DNA of 63,961 nt, filler included, from Octopus bimaculoides (GCF_001194135.2; 6 parts of 5 records of this genome joined end to end with filler, not necessarily neighbours in it); one strand, 5' to 3'. Shown: positions 14,940-26,880, counted from the first letter of the whole stretch. Made by a program: numbers and translations. The notes: a model not told the origin generated them from the letters alone.

Positions 14940-15355
14940 TTTGTGTCTGCATGAGTGTGTGTATACGCGTGCGTGACATGTGTGCGTCTGTGCGTTAAAA
15001 AATTAATTCATGTAGTGTGCGTGTGTGCTTCTTGCTGTTTATGCTTGTATATGTGTATCTGTGAATTTGTTTTGCGCGCACGCGCGTGTGAGCACGTGTG
15101 TGTATTTCCAACGTAACGTGTGAGTGTGAGTGTGTGTGTGCATGTTTTTCTTTATATCTGTGTTTGTCCCCCACCCCACTTAACAACCGGTGTTAGTCCA
15201 TTTCCATCTCGGTAACATAGCGGTTCGGCAAAAGATACCCATAGTAACAGGGCTAAAAATCAAAAGTACTGAAATCGATTAATTCTATTAACGATTCTTC
15301 AAGGCTGTGTTCCAGAGTGGTCACAGTCTAATGACAGAAACAAGTAAAAGATAAC

Positions 15356-15520
15356 ATACAAAAATACCCTGTTATTGATGTTGAAATCTCAATGAAGGAG
15401 CCTCGGATCTAGGTTAGAAACCGGCTCTTTATCGGCAAGAAATCTTGAAATAAAAGTGAGTAATAGCATACATACATGCATGCATACATACATACATACA
15501 TACATACATACATACAAATA
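15356..15520 (+). mobile_element. Isolated 3'-terminal segment of the R4-clade LINE ending in (TACA)n
   Basis: AAAATACCCTGTT..AATGAAGGAGCC..TCTAGGTTAGAAACCGGCTC matches 21000-21113 and about 28235-28315. Confidence 0.8.
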
Positions 15521-15774
15521 ATATATATANNNNNNNNNNNNNNNNNNNNNNNNNNNNNNNNNNNNNNNNNNNNNNNNNNNNNNNNNNNNNNNNNNNNNNN
15601 NNNNNNNNNNNNNNNNNNNNNNNNNNNNNNNNNNNNNNGCATATATGGAGGCAGAACGACACCAATAGTAAGCAACATGAAATACGAAAACAGACGAGTT
15701 CAATACGCAAACAACGAGAGAAAGAAATGGAGGACAGGCCAAGTAACACAAATAAGGACCTTTCATCAGTTGTC

Positions 15775-15835
15775 GACTGTCTACCTACTCCGCATTTCGA
15801 GCAATCAACAACAATATGAATCTTCGAAGACAGTC
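15775..15835 (-). ncRNA. Possible decayed hammerhead motif (family H5)
   Basis: 7-bp stem I GACUGUC/GACAGUC flanks UUCGAAGA...GCUC-GAAAU...GUA. The core and stem II are damaged. Confidence 0.3.
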
Positions 15836-16899
15836 GCTCCCATAAATACCAAAATAAAATTTGGGATTTATGGAGGGTCAAAGCTGGGAACAAAAACAAG
15901 ACAGTGGAGACATATGAGGAAACCGAACAACATACATACATACATTCTTTTTCTTGCTCTCACTCTCCCTCACATTGCTTGGCCTTCCCTTCATTCACAT
16001 CACTTTCCCTCCTCCTTTACCTCACTCTGTTTTTCTCTCTTTCCTCGTTCCTCCCTAATTCTTCAATCCCTCTACCCCTACCACTCTCCTCTCCTTCTAC
16101 GTGACCGGTGTTCGGCTAAGCTTGACCTTTCTTGGTTCGACTACCATCCGTGTAGCATCTCTTATATTCCTTCCCATGATTTTTATCTCTTATGTTCTTG
16201 CCATAAGGCTTCACTTCCACACACGCCAGCTTAATTTAATTCGTCCGTAGTCGAAAGACACCTGTTGCTTATATTTGTAGTTGTGTACCATTTTTCCGTT
16301 TTTTTTCATCCTTGTTTTCCTATACATTCACTTGCTTTCTTCCAAAGAATCTAGTGCTCTTAGCTTAGATTTTCTTGGGGCCGGCTAGATTGGAGCAGTC
16401 TCGAGTGTAACCGGCCAAAACTGCAAAGACGATCTGGAAGTCGACTGAAGATTGAAAGCTCCGAATGACCCGTCCTTGTTTTTTTCTGTCCTTTTTTGTA
16501 TCGTCAAACTGTCCGAATGCTTTGTTGTTGCCTGTTACGTTCTTGTTCCATTTTTTGTTTTTTGTTTTTTTATACATACAAACATACTCACTCATTCAAA
16601 GCGACAAGTCGCGTATTTGGCGTGGGAGACTATTTATTGAAAATACGATGAATACTATCTCCAACTTTGGAGCCACAACTATCAGCCTTATTGAATAACT
16701 GGGTAATCTTCAGATGAATTAACTGAGAGAGCCTTTTATTCACGATCATAGTGATTTTTGACTGAAACTTGAATTTAGCATGCAGAGAGTTACTACAAAC
16801 AACTTGACTGGTGGACACCACATAAACAACACAATCGAGGAACAGAACGAAAACAACAGCTCAACAAGTAAACAAATTCTTTCTAGCTGTAGTTATAGA

Positions 16900-17287
16900 T
16901 GAAACCGTAACTACAAAACTCATTTCTCTTGAAATTATGAATTGAATAATGATCTCTTTAACTGCTACGAAAAAGCGAAACAAAACCCCCACTGAATCGA
17001 TATGAATCGATTGAAATCATTTTGGGACGATCTGAATCCAGAATTAAATAATTTTACTGCGAAGCAACTACGCCAACAAGCAACATTTGTAGAACATTGA
17101 AAGAAGGTTAGTAATTGTAACTTTATTTAAAAAATCGAAAATTAATCTTCTTCCCAACTCTATAAACAAAAACGAAAACGTGAATGATATAAGACCACCA
17201 CGTGGTTTCGCAGCCAGTGCCTGTCAGCCAAACTACATTATTGGCTCAAGTAACTGGTAAATAGCAGGCACAACTGCAACGATTATT

Positions 17288-17350
<63 letters not shown>

Positions 17351-20300
17351 TGCCGGTGAAATGTGCCCTTACTGAAATTTTCCGACAAAAAATAACTTGG
17401 GCTTTGAAGTACTCTCTGAGGAGAGAGTATTCTCTACCAAAGTAAGTAAAACCCACCAGATACGGTATTAAAAGCTTTTTAACGAAATTAGTGATGAGTA
17501 TTTACAACAGTGTGATGAACCCACATACTGGCAGATTAACGCCTGTCTATATGCTCTAGCTACTACTGTAAAACAGTACATGAGTGATATTCAAAATGTA
17601 AACAAAACCGAAATAACAAAGAAAGTACCATCATGGGTTTTGAAGACAGAGAAAAAGATAACTGGTTTACGGAAGACCACCAGTCATGTAACGATGTTTA
17701 TTGTATGTAAACAAGCAAATCGCTCTACGTCCCACCAAGAGAAAGTAAAGAAGGAGATAGAAATGATGTTTGGAGACAGAAAAACAGAAGACACTCACTT
17801 GCAAACTGATTAGCCTCAAGCAGGAGCTAAAAGCTGTCAGTGAAAAACTCCGACATCAGAAGTGAATAACCGAGAGAAGAACAATAAACAAAAAAATTAG
17901 CCGCAACCAGGCAGCAGTATACAGAGACGTGAGAGGAGGAGAAGCAGTAAACATTACGGAAGCTCCTTAACGAGAAGACACAGACTCATTCTGGACGAAA
18001 ATCTGGAGTGAAGAGAAGGAATTTAACCAAGATGCTATGTGGCTGGAAGAAATCCGAAGAAGTTATTACTTCTGCGTTACATCCAAGAATACAACATCGA
18101 TGGTGAAACTCTTGCAACTGTGATCCAGAAACTCCAGGATGGAAAAGCACCTGGAAGAGACTTGGTTGTTGGATATTGGAACAAGAAACTAACATTCTAC
18201 CGTCCATATTTTATCAATCTGTACCAGCAAGCTCTCAATGGGAACAGTAGCATACCAAACTGATTAGCTCTGGCAGAGATAAAATTGATCCCCGAATACA
18301 GAACCACCCACATGGCAAAAAACTACCGGCCAATTACATGCCAGAACTTAATGTATAAGATATATACAGCATGTTTAAATCTCTTCCTCTTCCAGGACCG
18401 TTGTGAAACCAATAACATTATCAGAGAAGAACAAGCGGCTGGGAAGAAGGGAGTCTGGGGATGTGCCGAGCAATTGTTAATCAACAAAACTGTGATGTTA
18501 GAGGTGTGAGAGCATAGGGGGAACCTAATTTCAATATGACTACACTTCAAGAAAGCCTTTGACTCTGTTCCCCACTCATGGATGCTAGAAGCCCATCAAC
18601 TTGCTAAAGTTCCAGTGAGAATAGTCAAAGCCATAGCTGACCTGACCTCATTGCGAGCCACCATCTTGAAATTAAACACAGAATGCGACCGATAGAATAC
18701 AATATCGCAAAGGCATATTCCGAGGAGACAGCCTCTCTGTGATATTGTTTATACTTTCTGTAAACCCCTTCTCATTCATGTTAAGGAAGTCTGAAGGATA
18801 TCTCACTGGTTCACAAAGACACAGAAATACCAAAATTACACGCTGTTTCATTGTGGATGACTTTATGCAAAGAATATGCATGAGATGAAGAAGAGCCTTG
18901 ACCTAATTAAAACATTCTCAAAGGATGTAGGATTGGAGTTTGGTCAGGATAAATGTTATTATATGGTTGTGAAACCAGACTAGTAACATCTCCATCAATC
19001 ATTCGTCTGTTTCCCTTGTATCTGACGAGGAATGTTACAGGTATCTAGAGGTGGATGAAAATATATCTTACAGTGATACCTGTAACAAAACACGCGTCGT
19101 TAAAGAATATCACGGCCGGATAAAGAAAATATGGACCTCAGAACTCTCTGCATTCAATAAAACAGTGGTCCACTACATGTTTGCAGTGCCAGTACTCGTA
19201 CCAATATTTGGCCGCTTAATTGGACGCTTGATGAGATCCGAGCCATTGATGTGAAAACCCCAAAAATACTAACAAGCACACATAATTTCCACATAAACAG
19301 TGACGTAGACCACCCATACCTAAAACAAAACCAAAGCGGCAGAGGTTTAACATCGATCCAAAATGCCTTTGAATATCACATCATATCCCTTCAGCAACAT
19401 CTTTTAACCACCAAGTGTCGAAGTGCATCCCTTAACCAAGTTTGTATACATGTGGCTGATAACATCATAAGACTTGGAAGACAACTCCTTGAGCAACACT
19501 CTTTGTCTGATGACCTTAAATACATGCCCAAAGAAGTCACATGACTCTACCGCAACGTATCATCAGATGAAAAGACGAGCCTATATGAGCAGAAGACTAT
19601 GCATAGGTATGTTACTAGAAAGCTCCAACATGATAGTAACATCGATCATCAAAGCAGTCTATCATGGACCAATAGCCGGATTACTACCTCCCATTTTGAA
19701 GGGTATGCGTTTACAATCCAGGAACAGGAAGCATCAACCAAGTACTTGATGCACAAAAGGGATAGAGATGCAGGAAAAACCGTAAAATGTGACCACCAAA
19801 GCAGACTTTGTGGAGTTCACACTGAGGATATCACTCACATCATAACCAATTGTCCGAAACTGTCATCGCGGTATTATCTACCGACGAGACATGACGTTGT
19901 AGATAGGACACTCTATAATGAACTCCGTCGGAAGGATAATCCCGAGGAAAAACAAATAAGAACCCACAATATGGTAGAAACCATAGCCACTCATAATAAA
20001 ATGGAATACTGGTGGAATGTCCCAGTGAAGACCTCAAAAAAATGTAAACACAACAGACTTGATATAATGATTTGAGATAGAGAAGAGAAACTGTGTACAG
20101 TTGTAGAAAAATAGCTGCCCAACGGATGTTAACATAATGCTGAAGATCAGTGAAAAAGAGAACACCTATGCTGAACTATTGAGAAATCTGCAGTTACTCT
20201 ATCCAGATTACTATTTCAGGTTTATACCTGTAATTATTGGGGCCCTGGGATATGTAATACACTGCCTAAATACCAAACTTGAGAAATTAGGCTTCTCAAA

Positions 20301-21113
20301 ACCAGAAAGGAGAAAGCCAATTCAAAGACTACAGATCCAATCCATCACTGGAACTTTAAAAATCTGTAAAACTTTCCAGAAGTTTATCATTTAAATATAT
20401 ATGAGCATGTCTATATATGTAACTATATGCATGAAAATAAAGCATAAAATATATAAATCTGCACGTACATACATACATACATACATACATACATACGGAT
20501 GTCAACATTCCACTAAAGATTAGAGAAAAAGAGAACAACTACGCCGAGCTACTGAGAAATTTACAGATACTCCACCCAGACTACAAGTTCAGATTCATAC
20601 CCGTGATTGTTGGAGCATTGGGATATGTAACGAACTGCCTCAACAAAAACCTGGAAAAATTAGGGTTCTCAAAACCTGAAAGAAAAAGGCTGATTAGAAG
20701 ACTACAGATTCAAGCCATCAATGGAACTGTAAAGATATGTAAAACTTTCCAAAAATTTAGCACATAAATACATATGCATGCATCTAAAACGCATCCATAA
20801 AACAGACATACAAATCTGCGCATATACTAACACCAAATACTGCACACACACACACACACACACATAGGCACAAATACCTAGATGATGTTGATAAAAGTTC
20901 CAATGAAGGAGCCTTGAATCTATGTTAGAGTCCGGCTCTTTCTCTATGGACAAAAAATACAGAAATGAAACTGATTGATAACATACATACATACAAACAA
21001 AAATACCCTGTTGCTGATGTTGAAATTCTAATGAAGGAGCCTTGGATCTAGGTTAGAAACTGATTCCTTCTCTATTGGCAAGAAACCCTGAAATAAACTG
21101 AATAATGACATAC
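16900..21113 (+). mobile_element. Near full-length decayed R4/Dong-clade LINE (N-terminal domain, RT, CCHC region, RLE, 3' UTR); 5' end may extend to about 16380
   Basis: DLFNCYEKAK; KAPGRD; NYRPITCQNLMYK; EEQAAG..GCAEQLLINK; KKAFDSVPHSW; GDSLSVILF; FIVDD; GLEFGQDKC; CGVHTEDITHIITNCPKL..RHD; HNRLDI; IPVIIGALG. Many stops and frameshifts; (GTA)n inserted at about 17289-17350. Confidence 0.92.
20497..20996 (+). mobile_element. 5'-truncated sister-subfamily R4 copy nested in the 3' UTR of the large element
   Basis: Uninterrupted frame DVNIPLKIREKENNYAELLRNLQ...KICKTFQKFST* (20498-20767), then its own 3' UTR and TACA tail. Confidence 0.88.
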
Positions 21114-21144
21114 GTTTATTCGGGCATACTTACAGATACCTTTT

Positions 21145-21525
21145 ACAGTTTACTTATTTCAGTCGCTGGACTGCAGTCATACTCAGGCGCTGTCTTGAAG
21201 GATGTAGTCGATTAAATTGACCCCAGAACTTACTGTTTTAAAGTCTTGTACTTATCCCTGCATTCTCTTTTACGAACTACTACGATATAGAGACGTAAAC
21301 AGATCAATACCAGTTGTCATAGGGTAGTGTGGACAAACACACACACACACTCGTACACACAACACATGATGACCTTCGTTTAGTTTCCTTCAAATAGTCT
21401 ACTCGCAAACATTGGTTGGCTCGTGTCTGTAGTAGAAAACACATACCCGAGTACCACGCAATGGAACTGAACTAGAAACCATGCGGTTGGGGAGCAAACT
21501 TCTTGCAACTCAACCATACCTGCAC
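21145..21525 (-). mobile_element. Degenerate SINE family B
   Basis: Reverse complement of the family B tail through head. Confidence 0.75.
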
Positions 21526-21526
21526 C

Positions 21527-21600
21527 TACCTACCTACCTACCTACCTACCTACCTACCTACCTACCTACCTACCTACCTACCTACCTACCTACCTACCTA
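21527..21600. repeat. (CTAC)n microsatellite
   Basis: Direct reading of the sequence. Confidence 0.97.
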
Positions 21601-22005
21601 CATTGATAAGGAGCAATACCCCGAAACTAATCTGTAAATGCCAAACCAGCAAGGGGAAGCGGCTGACCTCCCCTGTTCGAAGGTTATAATGGACACAGGT
21701 TCGTGTGTCACATAGCTAGCTAGAGGCGATGGCCTCTTGGAGCTAATCAACGGCAGCATTCGTCTTATTATCCTCGACTGCCATGTTAGCTTGGCGATAA
21801 CTACTAATATCCAATACCGCTGCCGTAGTCTCCTTTAGAGAGACTTAGAAATATTAATATTTCTATTAATATAATATATATATACATAATTAACCCCCCC
21901 CCCCCCAAAAAAAAACCAAGAGTAAACAGAACAAGAAATAACCAACAACATGGGGACGTGATACATGCAAAGTATTAAAAGACGCCCAGGGAAGGAAAGA
22001 AAAAA

Positions 22006-22042
22006 TGTTTTACATTTCGAGCAAAGCTCTTCTTCAGAAACA
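22006..22042 (-). ncRNA. Minimal type I hammerhead ribozyme motif (family H2) within a pLTR-like repeat (about 21905-22095)
   Basis: UGUUU-CUGAAGA-A-GAGC(UUU)GCUC-GAAAU-GUA-AAACA: 5-bp stem I, 4-bp stem II, GUA cleavage triplet. Confidence 0.75.
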
Positions 22043-22178
22043 AGAGAAAAGGAAGACGGAAGAAAAAAATCGCCAACAATCTACATGTAGTTACATTTTG
22101 GAAGGTAAGCATATATATTTTTATCTTCAGCGTTTTCTACCTCAATTTTGAAGAGAGGTTATAGGCCCGCGGCTATTG

Positions 22179-22238
22179 GAGTCAGACGAGCCGTCAATAA
22201 GGCTAAGCGTTTTATGGATTCGAAACTATTGGTCACTC
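22179..22238 (+). ncRNA. Degenerate hammerhead-like motif (family H4)
   Basis: GAGU-CAGACGA-[imperfect long stem II]-GAAAC-UAUUG-GUC-ACUC. Stem I GAGU/ACUC is intact; the core has U4 changed to A. Confidence 0.42.
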
Positions 22239-22469
22239 TTTGACCGGACCTATATTTAACTTCACGTAAATATACATGTATATACACACATCATGGATTC
22301 TCCCGTCGTAAGACGATGTACGTGGGTGCCGCAATTTCTTGTCGAACAACCCTACAGTTGATTTATTTATAGTTATCAAATGTTTGTATACATATAAACT
22401 CATTTCCTCTATCAGATCGACATTATCTGTAAAGGTGCACGATGTACCATGTGTCAGATGACCAAACGA

Positions 22470-22590
22470 CCACAGAGCAATATGAAAAGAAAGGTTTTGC
22501 TCACGAACACAGCGCAAAGCCCGGTCTGGGAATCGAAACCACCGCTTCGCAATCGTGTATGCAACACTCTAACCGCTACATCATGCGCCT
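22470..22590 (-). mobile_element. SINE family C head fragment
   Basis: Reverse complement contains GTAGCGGTTAGAG..GTTTCGATTCCCAGACCGGGC, as in the copy at 45140. Confidence 0.7.
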
Positions 22591-22602
22591 TATATGTATG
22601 TT

Positions 22603-22830
22603 TTGGGTTGTCCGGAAAGTTCGTGCCGATTTATAGTAGCTTACCTTTCGACTTATTTGCCATGAAACCACCTCAATTCTGGGAAGAGGGTATTTTCAAG
22701 TTAAAGGAAAGATGGAGACGCATTGTGCAACAAAATGGTTCATATTTGGTTGATTAAAAATGTAATGGCAAGTATTTTTTGACCTTTTTCTTTCCTTTAA
22801 AAGTCGACACGAAATTTCCGGACAACCCAA
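22603..22830 (+). mobile_element. Internally deleted mariner (MITE-like)
   Basis: TIRs TTGGGTTGTCCGGAAA and TTTCCGGACAACCCAA; interior encodes the mariner C-terminus FWEEGIFKLKERWRRIVQQNGSY. Confidence 0.85.
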
Positions 22831-22834
22831 CCCA

Positions 22835-22836
<2 letters not shown>

Positions 22837-22865
<29 letters not shown>

Positions 22866-22946
22866 TGTATGTATGTATGTATGTATGTATGTATGTATGC
22901 GTGTATGTATATATGCATGTATGTATGTATGAATGTATGTATGTAC

Positions 22947-22977
<31 letters not shown>

Positions 22978-23001
22978 TGTATGTATGTATCTATTTATCT
23001 A

Positions 23002-23075
<74 letters not shown>

Positions 23076-23260
23076 TACTGACATACATATATGCATACAT
23101 ACATACATATATGTACACATATCTATATATATGCATACATACATATATACATATACACACACAAATATATACATGCATACATATATACATATACACACAC
23201 AAATATGTACATGCAACATATACATGCACACATACAACCCATACAACCCATACAACCCAT
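22837..23260. repeat. Compound microsatellite (ATGT)n-(CT)n-(AT)n-(TACA)n
   Basis: Direct reading of the sequence. Confidence 0.95.
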
Positions 23261-23801
23261 ACACAAACCAGGCCTTGTTCTTTAGGGTGAAACATATAGC
23301 ATTACTTCACTTTAAGTTTCACAACTCATGTCAAAATCCATTCTTTTCTGGGTTTTTTCCACCTCTTTGACAACTATTGTTTTGCTGTATTTTATTGTGT
23401 TAGCAATGAATGGGGAAGACAATTCTGAAACTTTTGTTTATTCAATTATGCTATCCCCATGAGGTTTTTAGAATATGACCCTTTCTATTTGAGATTACTC
23501 CCTCTAAGACAAATATCGTGGTTTTTTATTTGTTTGTTTTTTGTTTTTTGCTTCGCAAATCTCAGTTCTTTTACTTTAAAGCGAATAATAATTATTAATA
23601 GTCATATGTCATCTTAACTGATCTGTGTATGGTATAGAGATCATGCAGTGTTAATGACTCTTAGGAAATTTTATACAATACCTTTGAGATTGCTATTGTT
23701 ATTGTTGTTGTTGTTATTATTACTACTACTACTACTACTACTACTGCTCAGTAGTCTTATTTTTTTAAGTGCTTTCACTGCACTACCGAGCGCAGCTCTT
23801 T

Positions 23802-23803
<2 letters not shown>

Positions 23804-23872
<69 letters not shown>

Positions 23873-23895
23873 CATTATTATCATTATTATTATTA

Positions 23896-23963
<68 letters not shown>

Positions 23964-23991
23964 TCTATTATTATTATTATTATTATTGTTG

Positions 23992-24055
<64 letters not shown>

Positions 24056-24455
24056 TGTTGATGTTGTTGTTAAGGCGGCGAGCTGGCAGAATCGTCAGCA
24101 TATCGGACAAAATACTTAGCAGCATTGAGTCCGAATTTGTGCTCTAAGTTCAAATTTCTCTGAAGTCGACTTCGACTTTCATTCTTCGGAATGACCAATG
24201 AGGTCGATTCAACCGACTAGTCTCTTGTCACCAAATAGGTCTTTTACCTATAGTAGAAAGAATTATTATTATTATTATTACTATTATTACTGTGAAGGCA
24301 GCGAGCTGGCAGAATCGTTACCACCCCGGGGAAAAGGCTTAGCGGCATTTCGTCCATTTTAAAATTCTGAGTTCAAATGCCACCGGGTCGACTTTCTCTT
24401 GCATTCTTTAAGAGGATGAAAGATCTTGTGCCTATCGCAGAAAGGATAATTAATA
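23804..24455 (+). mobile_element. (ATT)n run followed by two tandem SINE family A copies (from about 24072 and 24296)
   Basis: GGCGGCGAGCTGGCAGAATCG heads each follow an ATT run. Confidence 0.85.
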
Positions 24456-24856
24456 TTGTTGTTGTTGTTCATTGCCATAGCAGAGCGTCTTGTTTATCGT
24501 TTTCCATTCCTGAGGTTTATATTTATTAATGTTTTATATTATCTTATTATTAAGCCAACCATGACTATTAGGGAATGGTCGATTCATTTTATTAATAGCT
24601 CCAAGGAGCAACATTTTTTAACAAGAAGAATAAATTTTTGCAATCTGAAAAAATATCCGAGACGGTTTACACGATTTTGTATTTGTTAACCGGTGACTAA
24701 GTGAACGAGATACGAGATAATTTTGAAGGCGTAATTATCGTTCGCAGACAACACTTCCCAACACATGGCACGACTGCAGTGGTAATAGCTAACAACAATA
24801 ACAGCAGCTTCGCAAGTGACCTCTACAACAGGAGAACGACAACAGCGCCAACATCT

Positions 24857-24890
<34 letters not shown>

Positions 24891-25356
24891 CTATAATAAC
24901 ATCAACAACCAGAGCAATAGCAGAAGCGACGATGAATCAAACAAACAAGTAATAACAGTGAAACTGTCGCCCACACCCGCAACATTACTAGTGGCAACAG
25001 ACTGTGGTAGTAATAGCAATGTATTTACCCCTGTCACATAAGTAACAAGGAAAGACAACAGCGACGAAGACGACGACGACGACGAGAACAACAACAACAA
25101 CAGCAGCGACAATAACAATAATAACAACGATAACAAAAACGGCGATGACGACGACAACAAAAGTAACAGCGCAGCGGTATTCGCTGGTATCGTGAAACAT
25201 TTGATTTAGTTCCACTCGTAAATGAAACAAGAAGAGAAACACATAAACAAACTCAGTAGAAACGTTCCACTCCTATTAGAAGAAACATGTTGAAGAACAG
25301 CGGTCTATAGATGTATATCTTTGAAGAGGAAACAAACCGAAGTGGTTCTCCTAGAG

Positions 25357-25593
25357 CAGTGGTTCCCAAACTTTTTCGGGTTACCGCCCCCTGTGCCCAG
25401 GCTACATAACGCCCTCCCCCAACTTATCACCATAAACATAGACCTCTTCCTGAAGCAAATTCAAAACAACTTCATTTCACAAATAAAAATTGAACTTTTT
25501 TTGGCAACCCTATTATCACATCACTTTTTTTTCAACGCCCTCTTGGAACTTTCCATCATCCCTGACGAGGGAGCAGTACTTTGGGAACCATTG
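25357..25593. mobile_element. hAT (Charlie-like) MITE with perfect 8-bp TSD
   Basis: Ends CAGTGGTTCCCAAA and TTTGGGAACCATTG; flanked by TCCTAGAG at 25349-25356 and 25594-25601. Confidence 0.92.
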
Positions 25594-26677
25594 TCCTAGA
25601 GTAAGCTGAACTATACTTGAAAAGCATCTGCGGATATGTTACCTGTGTCACACGTGCCAGCCGCCAGTGCGACTCTGCTTAAGTGAATTTTTACTTGGAG
25701 GCCCTGGTCAGAAGCACTCCACCAACCACACAGAGGTGAAGAATTTACACTGATATATTGCAAACACATTACCAAGACTTGACTTTTAGTGGGTAATGAA
25801 ATGTGCTATGTTAGGAAATCTACAAATGAAAAAAGATTTCGAAGAGATAATTGCGTTGGGATAGTGTTAGGGCTGAAGGTTCACATGAGCTTCACATGAA
25901 GCGTAACATGGAGCTTCACATGAAACCTGAGATATTGGACAGGGTCGCCAACCGAATAGGGATCCTTGAATTGAAACAACTGCAGGCGGTATTCAAATGT
26001 AGAAAACCATGATGACATAATTTTGGCAACAAAGATCACCTCAAAGGTCTCTGCTCACCAATTCTGGAAAGAGAACTGAGTCAACACCACGAAATCAACA
26101 ACGGTCATCAAATGAGACAACAACAACGTGAGTGTGCTACCGCAGCAGCGCCAGCGGTAAATATGGAAGCAGCTTTCAATTACAATAGCGAATATAACAC
26201 TTACAGTAGAAGCAACAACAACAACAACAACAAAAATAACAAAAGAATTCTGCCCTCAGAACCTGCCACATTACCGTGTGATTAAGGAGATGAAGAAAAT
26301 TGCAAATGTCGAAGAGTACCACGCAGAAAGAAAATAAAAAAAATAAAATATGCCCCTATACACACATACACACACAACCTCAGCTCAGAGAGGTGAATCT
26401 AAAAAGGGATACACTAGCATCCCCAGTACTATCAATAACATCGCCGCCACGACCACCATCACTACGACAAACACACCAACATTACAAACACAAGTAGAGT
26501 CTAAGTCACACCAAAGCCTACAGCCAGAATATCGATTCTAAAGAGAACGAAGATAAAAAGTGTCAACTACATTGTTATAGACACTAATTATACAAACTTA
26601 ACGAATCCCATACATCAGCGTACAAACATTACACGCGATGAATTTATTACACCAACACATAATATATCAATATATAT

Positions 26678-26752
<75 letters not shown>

Positions 26753-26880
26753 TTAAAAGCAAACAAACACTCAAGTTATAGTACAGTTCTATATTTAAGA
26801 GCTGAGGAATTATGTACATTATTGACATTATTTACATTATTTACATTTGACGGATATTTGTCCTCATCTTGTTTGTTGTT

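Larger units (their letters stand above)
13639..15122. repeat. Long inverted repeat (arms about 13639-13910 and 14844-15122)
   Basis: Unique segments recur in reverse complement: CACACGTTACGTTG, ACAAGCATAAACAGCAA, TTAACGCACAGACGCAC, CACGTCAACTATTTCAGACATTCAC. Confidence 0.85.

Noticed and set aside
21028-21062. AATGAAGG-stem-AGAAAC in the R4 3' UTR as a hammerhead
   Set aside because: All four copies lack CUGANGA and a stem I; better explained as a LINE 3' stem-loop.
24690-26560. Asn/Thr/Gln-rich open stretches that resemble low-complexity protein
   Set aside because: Frames are short and interrupted by stops and a MITE; no domain or splice support.
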